A stretch of 64,000 bases of DNA. It comes from Mobula birostris (Eukaryota). The notes below the pieces were generated by a model, which was not told where the DNA came from, did not search any database, and worked only from the letters and a program-made list of their open reading frames with translations. Below are positions 24,940 to 38,374 of the stretch, one piece after another. The DNA is taken from the NCBI RefSeq assembly GCF_030028105.1, contig NC_092371.1, forward strand, positions 129,409,025 to 129,473,024, read 5' to 3'. The translations under genes were made by a program, and so were the position numbers. Each line of letters starts with the position of its first letter. Position 1 is the first letter of the stretch.

Positions 24940-26962
24940 GAAACTGGAGATTCTGCAGATACTGGAAATCCAGAGCACCACACACACATGACACACAATC
25001 CTGCAGGAACTCAGCAAGTCAGGCAGCATCAATGGAAGCAGAATAAATAGTCGATGTTTCTGTTTGAGACCCTTCAGCAGGACTGGAAAAGGGCAAAAGC
25101 CAGAATCAGATGACACAGGGAGGGGAAGGAGTACAGGAGTACAGGCAGGCGATCGGTGATAAAGTGAGGGGAAGGTGAGTGGATGGAGAAGTGGGTGGGG
25201 GGGGGAGAAGAATGAAGAAAAAAGCTAACTTAACTCTCTCTGAACACACCTGCCCTCCACTCTCGCCATACCAACTTCACTCAAACTTGCTGACAGGAAG
25301 GGGGGTGGTTGTTTTCGTCTGGAGAGTGACCTCTACCTTGCTGAGGTCGGACAGCAGCTCTCAGATATCTCCTCTTACTTACTCCCTGCACTGGACCCGA
25401 CAAAGGAGCATCAGGCCATTGTCTCCCACACCGTCTCCACCTCATCAACTCTGAAGATCTCCCATCAACTGCCACCAAGCTCACAATTCCCTTACTTTCA
25501 GACTGCTTACTTTTGCCTCCTACCCAAGATCCACAAACCTGACTGCCCAGTAAGCCTATTGTTTCAGCCTGTTCCCGCCCCACTGAGCTTGTGTCCGCAT
25601 ACCTCAGCTCCCTTTTAACCCTCTTTGCTCAGTCCCTTCCCACCTGTATCCATGTCACTTCATCACTTCAGTTCTCCAGCCTGGATCACCTCATTTTCAC
25701 TTTAGACATATAGTCTCCATCAGAAACGCCTCAAAGCACTCAGCTTCTGTCTCAACAAGAGAACCTAACCAGTTCCCCTCCACCATCACCCCATTCACCT
25801 GGCTAACCTGGTTCTTACCCTCAACTCTTTCAACTCCTCCCACTTTCACCAAACGCATTGGCCCCTGCTGTGCCCACTTCTTCATCGTGTGGAACAGTCC
25901 ATGCCCTCCAACTTCTTCTGTTACACTGATGACTGCATTAGTGCTGCTTCCTGTGTCCATGCTGAGCTCATCAATTTCATCAACTTTGCCCCCAACTTCC
26001 AACCTGCCCTCAAATTTACCTGCCCATCTCTGACACTTCTCTCCCTTTCCGCAATCTCTGGCGACAGATTATCTATTGACATCTTTTACAAACCTATTTA
26101 CTCAGTTATCTTGACTATACCCCTTCCCACCCTGTTACTTGTAAAAATGCTATTTCCTTTCTCAGTTCCTCTGTCTCTATCGTATCTTTTCTCAGGAGGA
26201 GGCCTTCCATTCCAGAACATCTGAGATGTCCTTTTCTCCTCCCAAAGAATGGTGTTTCCCTTCCACTATCAGTGATGCTGCCCTTGCCTGCATTTCTTCC
26301 CATTTCCTGCACATCTACCCTCACCCATTTCCCCGCCATCATAACAGGGATAGGATTTCCCTTGTCCTTACCTACCACCCCACAAGCATCCATATCCGGC
26401 ACATCATTCTCTGTAACTTCCACCATCTTCCATTGGCAACACATTTGAGTTTGACTTCCCATTCTGAAATGTCTATCCAGAGCCTCCTGGACTGCCATGA
26501 TGAGGCTAAACGGGTTGGAGAGCAGCACTTCACATTCCATTCATGTTCTGATGGCATGAACATTGATTTCTCCAACTTCCAGCAGTTTCACCCCTCTCCT
26601 TTACCAGTCCTCATTCTGGTTACCCTCTCGCCCCTTCTCTTCTCACCTGCCCAATCCCACTCTGGTTTCCATCCTCCTCCTCTTTCTTCCATAGTCCACT
26701 CTCCTCTCCTATCAGATTCCTCCTTCCTTCAGCCTTTACCTCTTCTACTTATCTTCCATCTTCTTACTTCACCCCTCCCCCACCCACCCTCCTTCCCCCT
26801 TACCTGATCTCACCTATCACCTGCCAGCTTGAATTGCTTCCCCCACCCTCCTACCTTATTCTGGCTTCTGGCCCCTTCCTTTCCAAGATAAAACAGCAAC
26901 TGTTTATTCCCTATCCATAGACACTGACTGACTTGCTGAGTTCCGCCAGCATTTTGTGTGCG
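24940..26962 (+). mobile_element. Penelope-like element with RT remnant and inverted terminal arm
   Basis: KIHKPDCP..PIVSACS..TELVSAYL and YTDDC RT-like motifs; 24940-25240 is an inverted copy of the terminus at 26700-26962. Confidence 0.7.
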
Positions 26963-27304
26963 TAGGAAGGAAACACATCAGTGTAGGACAAACTCCTTGA
27001 GTTTTCTCTCTGGTGGACACTAGATAAAAGCGCGAAGTAAGCTGCCAGAGGTGGCGGTGGAAGTAAGGACAGTAACAACATTCAGTAGGTACCTAGATGG
27101 GCACTTGAATAAGCAGGTCAAAACGACATGGGATTAACACAAATGTGATTAGTAGGGGTAGGCATGGACACAGCGGGCTGAAGATTTTGTTCCCACTCTA
27201 TACAACTCAGATTCTAATTGATAGTGTTTTTACAACAATCTTCAACTTCTGTGGGCAATCATGGTGACAAGGGATTTCCATTCCAAATAAAACTAAATTT
27301 TAAA

Positions 27305-27705
27305 AAAACGGGACTATACGCTCTGGAATTCAGAAGAATGAGAGGGGATCTTATAGAAACATACAAAAATTTTGAAAGTTGTTTCCATTGGTAGGTGAGA
27401 CTAGAACTAGGGGACATTGCCTCAAGATTCAGGGGAGAAGATTTAGGACAGGGATGAGGAGAAACTGTTTTTCCCACAGAGTGGTAAATCTGTGGAATTC
27501 TCTGTCCAGGGAAGCAGTTGAGGCTTCTTCACTAAATATATTTAAGATACAGTTAGATAGGTTTTTACATAAAAAGGGAAGTAAGGGTTATGGAGCAAGT
27601 AGGTGGAGCTGAGTTTACGGACAGATCAGCCATGATCTTATTGAATGGTGGGGCAGGCTCGATGGGCCGGATGGCCTACTCCTGCTCCTATTTCTTATGT
27701 TCTTA
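27305..27705 (+). mobile_element. CR1 LINE 3' end
   Basis: RRMRGDLIETYK, TRTRGHCLK, FSHRVVNLWNSL, FKIQLDRFL; ttcttatgttcttatg tail. Confidence 0.85.
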
Positions 27706-29364
27706 TGTTAAATTCTAAAATAACTCAGGGTGGGATTTTAACTCCAATACAAGAGCTGGAGGAACTCAGTGGGTCAGGCAGCATTAATGGAGGGAAATGG
27801 ACAGTTGACATTTGGGGTAGAGATGACCCGAAAAGATAACTTTCTGGGAGCATCTGGAACTGAAATGTTGATTGCCCACTTCCATGCATAGACGTTACTT
27901 GACCTGCTGAGTTCTTCCAGCACTTTTTGTGTTGCTCCAGCTTCCAGCACCTGTAGTCACTCTAGACAACCACAATCTACTGTAACACCACTAGACTACT
28001 TAATTTACTTTAGATGAAACTTCCAAGTGCTAAGTGTATTTTTCAGCTTTAGTCCCTCTTCCAAAGAGCAGTTTATCACTGTGATGGTTATTCCTGGTCT
28101 CCCAGATGAGATCTCATCACAACATTTTATACATTTCAATGAGATCACTTCTTGTTTCAGTTCCAAACCACACAGGCCTCACCACATGTACTCTCCTCAC
28201 AGGGGAGGCTACACACCACAGCAAACCAACAATCTGGTGTTGTGGAGTCCAGATGTTTCTCTCTAATTTCTGCTGTTCTCTCCAACCCACCATCACCCAC
28301 TTCCTTACTTCTGTTGCATGTCGTGGGATGCACATAGTAACATCCTGTCAATTGTACCCATCTGCACATGCATGCCTGGAAATGTATAAATGTTAATACA
28401 CTAGAACAAAATATTCAAAAGTAAAATTTCATGTAGAAATTAATTTTTAAAATTAAGTTCCCAATCTGCTTTTGAAACAGCAGCTCCACACTATGTATAT
28501 TCTTCACAGCTGCCTTACAAGCAAAGATCTATTTGAGCTGCAGGGCATAGCAGCCCTCAAGTTCTAATAGATTAGGGTTGCAAACAGCAGCAAATGGTTT
28601 ATTCGCCTCTGTCCACAATGGAATCAGTAAAGGATACTTACAGTGGCACCCACAATCAATTACCATGGCTTTTAAATGAAATCAGTATTAAAACTGAATC
28701 TTGATGGCACTTAAACAAAGTTTGCACACAGCAAGTTCGGGGGACATTATTTTAAAATGCCATTGCCGTGAAACATTTATAAACTCGAGAAAGACATCCT
28801 TTGAAGAAAACGTGAGAAGATGGGAGAACCTTATTCATTTGGCAAACTTATGACATGGAATCCAATCCCAAATGAATAGTGGGACCAGCTAAAATAAGAG
28901 CTCTTGGACATGCAGAAGGAAAAAATGTGCAAGCCTGCAGTGAAAAGACAGGGCTTAAACTGAATGGTGGTTTCAGATTTTGAATGAGCGAACCACTCAG
29001 CTTCTTATCCTATTGCTTAAGTTTAATTACCCATTTGCAACATCCTTGGCAATTTTCCATGAAAAATTGAGAGAAATAATTGACTATTACAGTTGGGGGG
29101 GGGAGGGGGGGGAAGCAACAGTAAATCAGACATTCTATCCCTTGTTTCTCAGATTCTTAAGGCAAATGGAGCAGACTCCAGAAGGGACTTGGAAAGACAT
29201 GGTCAAAGGGACTGTTTCTGTGCTGTACAACTCAACTTTATAACAATGTACATCAAACATTGTTCCTGGCAACCATTCCAATTAGCATTGGTTCAGCACA
29301 ATACCTTTAACTGTGCAAAAGGAAGAGGCAAATTAATCGACTAATAACCTTTCTGCCTTGCCAG

Positions 29365-29601
29365 GTTGGTTCCTATCCTCAACTCTGGATGGGAAAGCTT
29401 GGACGTCACACAGGCCGTGTACTACTGGATGAAGAATGCAGACACACCCATGCACCTGGAAATCTGGATTGAGGCAGAGCGAATGGGCAGCTACGCAGCT
29501 GAATTAGCCAAACTGGTGCACTTCACCACTCAAAGCGCTGCTGACCAAGTACTAGGCAAACCAGAATTAGTCCTCTATACTCTCAACCTTGAAGAATATG
29601 G
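29365..29601 (+). CDS. lefty: lefty exon 3
   Basis: Acceptor ttgccag|G; RLVPILNSGWESLDVTQAVYYW...HLEIWIEAERMGSYA...GKPELVLYTLNLEEYG; donor GG|gtacgt. Confidence 0.95.
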
Positions 29602-30672
29602 GTACGTCTTTATTAAGGAACTTTTTGGGGCAACAACCAATTTTGTCCCTCTCCCCACACAGCTTATTCTGATAATCAAAATTAATCATTAACTTTACTG
29701 CATTGAAATTAAACAGGCGTAGTCTAACTTTACATCCTATGTTAAGCTATACAGTCATTGCCACAAAATAATTAAAATCTAATAGATATGACGCACAGTA
29801 TTCACAAAGCTGCCGCATTCATTTACGTTGTAGAAACTCTTGTTTGTTACCACAATCAAAGTAGAATCAGTTTTATTATCACTGACATACGTCCTGAAAT
29901 TTGTTTTGTGGCAGATGGTAGAGAGCAAGACAAAAACAATTACTACGGACTCACAATAAGCTCTACTTCCGCCAAGTTGCTTGAAAGTTAATTATTGAGA
30001 CAGGAATTATGCAACCTGTCATATAACCAGGGGTCTACACACTGAAACACAGGGCTGCAAGTTATATTTGGAAGTACAGTGTTACCTCATCTCAGCTAGA
30101 AGATGAATTAAATGTCTTGCAGTTCTTATAAAAATGCGTGGAGTTTGCTTCTATCAGTTGACTGATAACACAATTGATTAACATTTATCTTTTGAAGCTC
30201 AAACAGTGAAACTGAGTTTAAGAGATCAGGAGTATTTGTATTGGTCACAATTTCAATTAACTGCATGGAACCACAATAGTACACAATTCTTGACGCCATT
30301 TTTTCTGACTAGTTCAATCAAGTTTCATGAACAAAAACTCGGCCTTCATCCTGACACCCTACAGAAAATTTAGACTGCACTCTTTTCAAATAATCAGTAG
30401 ACAGCTAACTGCTGACTGGAATCTAATTAAAAGTTGCTTAATCTGCCCTCCTGCCATTTGTGAGAGAGCCTCTCTCTCAGGACATTTACACGATCCTATG
30501 ACATTTGTGTATTGGTATTAAAAGGACATTTTTTCATGTCAGAAAAGAGCATGAAAAGCTGATTTTGATTCAGTATGCAATGTTATCTAGCCAAACTAAT
30601 TTGTTGTATCGAGACAATTTACCCCATTTAGCTTTTACTTGGTAACTAATATTTGTGTTTTATCACGTCCAG

Positions 30673-30994
30673 GAGCACTGGCGACTGTGGTGCAGAGAAA
30701 GGCAGGACATGCTGCAGGCAGGAGCACTTCATTAGCCTCCGGGACCTGCCGTGGACCCAGTACTGGATCATCGAGCCCCCTGGCTACCAGGCCTTCCGCT
30801 GCCTTGGGGGTTGCAAGCAGCCACAACGGCCCTTTGACTACGGAGAGAGGAGCTGTGTGGCAGTGGAGAGCGCCTCGCTGCCCGTGATGTACCTGGTGAA
30901 GACGGGCAATTACACAGAGATCGAAGTGGCTGAGTTCCCCAACATGATAACCGAGAAGTGTGGCTGTACCACCAACAACGTCTCGGTCATATAG
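30673..30994 (+). CDS. lefty: lefty exon 4 (TGF-beta domain, stop codon)
   Basis: CCRQEHFISLRDLPWTQYWIIEPPGYQAFRCLGGC...SCVAVESASLPVMYLVK...EVAEFPNMITEKCGC, TAG at 30992-30994. It lacks the dimerisation cysteine and the long helix, which is the Lefty hallmark. Exons total 1098 nt = 365 aa plus stop. Confidence 0.96.
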
Positions 30995-31073
30995 CAGCAA
31001 CTTCAAAGGACTATGCAACACATGACACCTATTTCCCTTAAATCTCCTGTGAAAGCAGAAATGCAATTCAGAA

Positions 31074-31081
31074 AGCACTTT
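31074..31081 (+). promoter_or_regulatory. miR-430/427/302-family seed match in lefty 3'UTR
   Basis: AGCACTT(T) 80 nt after the stop codon. Confidence 0.6.
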
Positions 31082-34000
31082 ATGTAAATAGTGGAATTTG
31101 AAAATGTATATTTTTACTATTTTCTTTGGTAACTAAATTTAATATCAATGACACCTATTGGCTAGAGTCAATTCCTTACCAAGTTAGTGGAAGGGCATGT
31201 GGGCCAGGTAAAAATTTTAAGCAGTATTTCTCATGCTATTGTCCAGAGTACAGTCTTACATATACAATAGAATCAGCAATTGAGAGAGAGGCTACAGAAT
31301 CAGTCTGAATGCAAATAGGCAGAACTTGTATTAACATGACAATGACAAGAGTTGACAGATGGACAAAATGAGGAAGTACAGTGCGTGGAGAATTTTGGGT
31401 GAGGGGATGAACTAGAGGGCGTGCATACAAGGTGAGAGAGGGAGGGTCTGAGGGAGATGGGCGAGGCAATAATTTTTTTAACTTCAGAAAGTGGTAGGTG
31501 CCCGGTATGAGCTGTCAGAGGTAGTGGTGGAAGCAGATATGATAGTGGCATATAAGAGGCTTTTGGACAAGCACGTGAAAATAGAGGGAATAGAGGGATA
31601 TGGATCACTAACAGGCAGAAGAGATTGAGTTTAATTTGGCATCACGTCCGACACTGATTGTGGGCTGAAGGGCCAGTTTCTGTGCTGTTCTCATGTTCTA
31701 GGCTGGAGGAGAGCAGTAACAGACACAACTTCTACATTACTACCACTTAACCAGACACAGCGAGGTCAGCTTCTGCATCACCAGGGCTCCAGGTTTGTCC
31801 TTCAAAGCATGTGGGGCAAACCACATCGACCAGCTTGGCTATTTAACTCCATCCCCAAAAAAGTGGCTTATAACCATTACACACAAGGCTGGAGATCTGC
31901 TCAAAACAAAATACAAATCAGGCCACATCTAGTCCTAGCCCAAGGGCTTATAGTTTTAGTGGTACCCAACAGGTATTAGTCAGATCCTATCAGGTAAGGG
32001 TCAGAGATCCAGACTCAGGTGGGATCTGACTATACCTGCTAGATGTCAATAAACTATCACTAAACAGGTTTCCTTCTTTGAAAAGTGTTTTCTGAACCCC
32101 ATCGGGATAACATAGGTCCCCGCCCCACTTCAAGTTGATAGTTTTATCTCAGCCTGAGCTCCTAGCTGTAACTGAAACAGGAATCACAATAAAAATAGAC
32201 AGATACCTCAGATTCAGAGTTTCTTGGTCAGTGGTGCTTTTCCCTCTCCTGAAGGTTCCCACAATGGTATAACATAACCTTAAGGATCATAGCTGGCCCA
32301 TCCCATTCACATCCCTGCATCAGACAATTATCATGTGTTAACTGAGATCAGTTATCCACAGTCCAAATTCCTAGGAAACAGGTTAAGAGTGACATTCTGT
32401 GGGAGTGCCAAGGAATTGCTGAAATGGTGTACACGTCTGGTTCACCTGCAACAATACACCACAGGCTCCCAAAGTTGGACAGAGGTGGTATCATCAGAAG
32501 AGGAGACTAGGCTTTAACCAGCTCATTGCATTTGTACTTGCCACGAGAGTGACATAAAGATTCATCAAACGAATTCCTGGGGTGGTGGGTCTTTCGCGTC
32601 ATGAGGGACTGAGTAGATTAGATCTCTATTCTTTAGAGTTTCAGAGATGGAGGTCATTTTGTGAAAATACACAAACTATAATATATAGTAAGGCAGTTTT
32701 CCATATCTGAAAACTAGAGGTCACTGTTTAGAAAATAATCTTAATGAAATATACAAAATCCTAAGGGGGCATGACAGTGTCCACAAGTGGAAGAATCTCA
32801 AATCAAACGAGTTTCCAGATCAGGGCCAGTCATTTAAAGCCAATCTACCTATAAATTTCTCATAGTATTACAGTATGCAAGCAGGTCCTTCAGCCCAACC
32901 GGTCTATGCTGACCAAGATGCCTATTTGCCCACACTTGACCCTTCTAAATGTTGTTAATGTACCTGTCTCAATCACTTCCTCAGACATCTCACTCTGTAC
33001 ACAAACCACCCCATTAATCTCTCCCCTCTCACTTCAAACTTATGACTCCTAGTCCTTAATTCTTCAACGCTGGGAAAAAAATAAAACTGCATGTAATCAC
33101 CCTTCCTAGGCCCCTCATGATTTTATATACCTCCATGAAAACCACCCCCAATTCTCTAATGCTCCAATAAATAAAGTGCCAGCCTGTCAACTGTTGTCTA
33201 TAATTCAATCCTTTGAGTCCTTGCCAATATCCTCATAAATATTTTCTGCACTCTTTCTAACTTAACGGCATCTTTTCTCTAGTAGGATGGCCAAAATTGA
33301 ACACGATATTCCAGGTACAGCTCCATCAATGTCTTGTAGTAACTGCAACATAACATTCCAACTTCTATAATGAATGCCTTGACTGATGAAGGGCAACATG
33401 CTAAAAGCCTTCTTCACCACCCTTTCTAGCTGCAATGCCACTTTTGTGTCACCATATACTTGTATTCCTAGGCCCCAGAGACCTACTGTCTTGATTTGCC
33501 TTCCCAGTTCTTCTAAGAGAAGGAATTTTCTGATCCAATGTGCTGTGACTTGGGAAACTACATTGTTAAATGTATTTAAAGTAGAGGTAGATAAATTTTT
33601 GAAAGATTAGGGACACCTGAGGGCTAAGTTAGATCAGCCATGATCATACTAATGACAGTACAGGTTTGAAGGGCCCAGTAGCCTAGTGCTACTTCTAATT
33701 GTTTGTCATACACAATCTTAGAGTCAGGAGTAATCCATCTAACACTAAATTAAGAATTTTCTTCACCCAGAGGAAATGAACCATTCATATTTTCTGTTCC
33801 GGAGAGTTGACAGCAGGTTCATTCAAAGCAGAGACTACAAGATACTTGAGGAACCAGGCAACACAGAAATAGGGCAAGAAAATCATGTAAGAGGTGGGTG
33901 ATTAATAAGGACCTTGTTGAAAGTGGAACTTGCTGAAGAGGACAAAGGTTCTAATGTTCCTCTGGGGTTGACAATCACTTTATTGATATATGAGTTGAGG

Positions 34001-34451
34001 AAACGTGCAATATCTTGAAGGTGCCTCTGTGACACAGCCGGTGGAGCAGATGCATCACAACTCCAGTTGCCAGAGTTCAATCCTGACGTCAGGTGCTCTC
34101 TGTCTAGGTGAGCAGTAGAAATCTGGGATGGAGAGAGTTGACGGGAATGTGGGGAGAATGTGATTGGCATAAATGGTTCCCAGGATTGGGGAACTAGAAG
34201 CTATGGATTCAAGATGAGGGAGAAAGATTTCATTGGAACCCAATGGGCAATCTTTTCACTCAAAGGGTGGTCATGGTCAGTATGTGGAATGGGTTGCCAG
34301 AGGAAATGATTGACATAGGAACATAGATAGGAAAGGTTTAGAGGGATACGGGCAAATGGGTTTGGCTCAATGGGCATCTTGGTTGGCATGGACTAATGAG
34401 GTAAAGGGCCTGAGTTCTATACTCAAATGGATCTACGTAATCAGTACTTAC

Positions 34452-34818
34452 TGTTGCTGGTAGATTCACATCGTTTCCTTTATCTGCCGGCTTCTCCATT
34501 TCTTTAGGACTATTTTCAGTGCCCTCTTCCGTTTCAGGTTGTTCACTTTCTTGCGAGACCAAACTCTCTGCTTCCACTTCATTACTGGGTCCTGGATCCA
34601 CTTGTCCGTGTTCACTCTGAGGTTTGCAGATTGGCTCAGGCGCACAAGCTTCAATACTGGGTGCAGGGGCACAGTCTCTCACACCATCAACACCACTGCT
34701 TTCAACACTCACCTGCCCCACAGAACTCTCAGGGCAAGACAAAGACTTGGAGGAGCTACACTCTGCCACACAATCCTCATCAGAACTCCCAGATTCTTCC
34801 AAATCCTCCACTCCCATC
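34452..34818 (-). CDS. sde2: sde2 exon 6 (acidic low-complexity region)
   Basis: WMGVEDLEESGSSDEDC...NDVNLPAT; acceptor tgcag|G, consensus donor ACA|gtaagt. Six exons give 975 nt = 325 aa without the C-terminal SAP domain. Confidence 0.85.
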
Positions 34819-36954
34819 CTGCAAGGAAACAAGAACCATGAACTTTAAGTCAACAGCTTCAAGTTGTTCTGTTCTGTGAAGCTTAACCAATAATAGAGGC
34901 TCTAAACACTAGACAGTCACCATAATTTCAACAGATACAAACCAAAGGGGTGAGAATGTGATTGAGACTGACAATAGTTCTGGAAAAGATCATACATTAA
35001 AAGACACACACAATAGGTACGAATAAAGGGTTTCAACATGGAAACAGGTCCTTCAACCCACCGAGTCAGTGCCAACCATCAATCACTTATTTACATTAAT
35101 CTTACAATTAGTCTTTTTTTAATTCCCCCATTTCCTCACTACTCCCCAAGTTCAACCAATCACAAATAGATTAGGGGAAATTTCACCTGCCAGCCTGCAC
35201 CTGGCTGGGATGTGGGAGGAGATGAGGGCAGCTGGGGAAACCCATGTGGTCACAGTGCAAACTCCATGGAGACCTCACCAGTCGCGAGGATTGAACACCG
35301 GAATCTGGCTCTGCGAGGTTGCACCACTCTACCTCAAAGACTCTTTCCACACAATGAGACGCAGTAAGATAGGAGGTACACAGGCGAAAATTGATTTATT
35401 CTTGTCATATAAACCAACCTGCCCTGTACCTTGGTACATATTTTCACAGATATAGTGGAAAAACCTTACAGGTCAGTTCATCACGTTAGTATGCTGAGGT
35501 AGTACAAGGGAAAAGTAATTAACAGAAAGCAGAATGAAGTATTAGAGTCACAGAGACAGTGCAGTGCAGGTAGACAACAAGGCGCAAAGCCATAACAAGG
35601 TAGAATGTGAGGTCACACGTCCATCTTATTGTACGAGGGAACTGTCCCAACAGTCTTATAAATGCCAGATTGGGGAGGTGGGGGGAGAGAAGAGAGATGT
35701 CTGGGGTAAATGAGGTCTTTGATTATGTTTCTTGCAGTCACTGGCATAGAACAATTGCCATACCAAGTTGTGATGCAACCAGATGAAATGTTTTTTATGG
35801 TGTATCGATAAAAAGGTCAAATTTCTTTAACTCCTGAGGAAGTAGAAGCACTGTTGCACTTTCTGGGCAACAAGGCTGTTCTCCATAATTTCAATGCAAT
35901 GCAAGATCTGATACAGCAATAAGCAGAAAAATAATGTCTATTTGCAACTTCTTGAATTTAATTAGAAGCAACATGTCAAGAGACTATACGTCCAAAAAGC
36001 AATGTTAACAAGAAAATGGAACAGTCACTGATAAATGAGTACAAGGGAGAAGGCTAGCTACAATCAAAAACAAAAAGACAAGTAAAATAGAGGCACTATT
36101 TCTAATGTCAGCAACTTTATATGTTAGCCTAAAGCCACATGAACACACCAAGGTTCACCAGGCTAATTCCTGGAATGAGAGGGCTGTCCTACCAAGAGAG
36201 GCTGGACTTGGGCCTGTATTCTCTGGAGCTCAGAAGAGTGAGCGGTGACCTTATTCAAACACAGAAGACCTAATGGGACTTGACAAGATAGACACAGTAC
36301 TCGACTCATAGGAGAATCATGAACAAGGGGCATAGTTATAAAATAAGGGGCAGGCAGCTCTCTAAAGTTCTCTCCTGAAGCGGTGGATGCTGGATCATAA
36401 GTTTGAGATAGAGAAATATTCGTAAAATCTCAGAATTAAGGGTTATGGGGAACCGGCACAGAGAGGACTAACATAAATCAGCCATGATCATATTGAATGG
36501 CAGAGCAGGCTTCAGGGGACAAATGGCCTGCTCTTGCTCCAATATTCCTGTTTTTGTGTTCCTGACAACATGATGGTGTGGCTGGGTCCACAATTATTAT
36601 TCCAATCACCGTGGTAGCTGTGGAAATGAAACAGGACATTTAACTGCATTTTCTCAACTACTGATATCTAACTGATCACCTTCCCTTCTTGGTAAATATT
36701 GGCATTACAATTTTGTATCTTCCATTCTATAGGAACTTTTAGAGAATTTATATAATTTTCAAAATGAAAACTTAGGCATTCACCGTCTCCATCCCTGGTT
36801 GCAAATCATGTCCTGCTGACTTCCAGACCCATTAACTTTTTGATTATTTTCCCCTCAAAAAGCTTTGTTTTCAAACCCATTCTCTTCAGATCTCCATTCT
36901 TTCCAAGAGGAATTTCTGTCTTTCAGAAGACAGACAAAATATTTACCTCTCTTT

Positions 36955-38015
36955 AAACACGAGATTATGCAGATGCTGGAAACCCAGAGCAACATACACA
37001 AAATGCTGGGGTAACTCAGCAGGTCAGGCAGCATCTATGGAAAGGAATACTACTCAACATTTTGGGCTAAGACTCTTCATCAGGACAGGGAAAGCCAGAA
37101 TAAGGTGGTGGCGGGGAGGGGAAACTGGTAGGTGATAGGTTAAGCCAGGTGAAAGGGAAGGTGTGTGGGTGGGGAGGGAATGAATGAAGTACAAAGTTGG
37201 GATGTGATAGGTAGAAAAGGTAATGGGCTGAAGAAGAAATCTGATAGCAAAGGAGAATGAATCATGGGAGAAAAGGAGCATGGGCATTAGAGGGAGGTGA
37301 TGACAGGTGACAAGGGGTAAGAGGAGCCAGAATGGGTTTGGAAAAAAAAGGAGGAGGGGTGGAAAGAGAAATTACTGCAAGTTGGAAAATTCAATGTACA
37401 TGTCATCAGGCTACCCAGGTGAAATAGCAGTGGTTGCTCCTCCAACCCTCAAGTGGCCTTATCATGGCAGTAGAGGAGGCCATGAATCGACATGTCAGCG
37501 TGGGAAGCAGGATTAAAATAAGTGGCCACAGAGAAATCTCACCTATTGTGATGGTAGGAGCAAAACTGCTTGACAAAACAGCCCCCCAACCTACTGCAGG
37601 TCTCTCCGATGTTGAGGAGGTCACAACAGGAGCACTGAATATAGTAGATAATCATGACAAACTTGCAAGTGAATTGGTGCCTCAGCTGGAAGGTCTGTTT
37701 GAGGCCCTGAATGGCGGTGAGACAGTAAGTGTATGGGCAGCTGTAGCAATTGTCACACTTGCAGGGTTAAGTGTCAGGAGGGAGATCAGTGGCGAGGGAC
37801 GAATGGACAAGAGTGTCATGGACAGAGCGATCCCTGCGGAAAATGGACAGTGGGGTGGAGGTAAAGATGTGTTTAATGTCAGGATCCCATTGAAGATGGT
37901 GGAAGTTCCAGAGAATCATTTGCTGGATGACAAGACTCATGGGGTGGTAGGTAAGAACAAGGGGAACTCTATCCCTGTTATGGTGGCGGGAAGATGGGCT
38001 GAGTGGAGATGTCTG
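36955..38015 (-). mobile_element. decayed Penelope-like element
   Basis: Reverse-complement match to the GIY-YIG region and terminus of 47150-48170. Confidence 0.75.
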
Positions 38016-38294
38016 AGAAATGATAGCAAACCAAGACTTTCTCTAACCTTCCCATTCTTGCACAGCTTAGAGGCTTTTTCCAATCTATTTTTACGTTTCT
38101 CACCAGATTAAAGTTCATAATTTATTTTCCCTTATGAAATGTCTTGGGACCAAGAAAAAGCATTTCAGAATGTATATTATATATGGTTCTCTGACATTAA
38201 ATGTACCTTTGAAAGCTTTGACTACTTTGGCCATAATCAGAATCATTTTGAATATTCAGGCTAGTTGACCACATTGGCAAAACAAGTTATCTTT

Positions 38295-38374
38295 CAGGGG
38301 TTGCCAACCTGGGGTCCATGGACCTCTTGCTTAATGGTACGGACCATGGCATAAAGAAAGGTTGGGAACCCCTG
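38295..38374. mobile_element. 80-bp hAT/Charlie-type MITE remnant
   Basis: TIRs CAGGGGTTGCCAACCT / AGGTTGGGAACCCCTG (15/16 match); no 8-bp TSD visible. Confidence 0.6.

Noticed and set aside
37434-38111. 225-aa plus-strand ORF
   Set aside because: Antisense reading of a decayed Penelope element.
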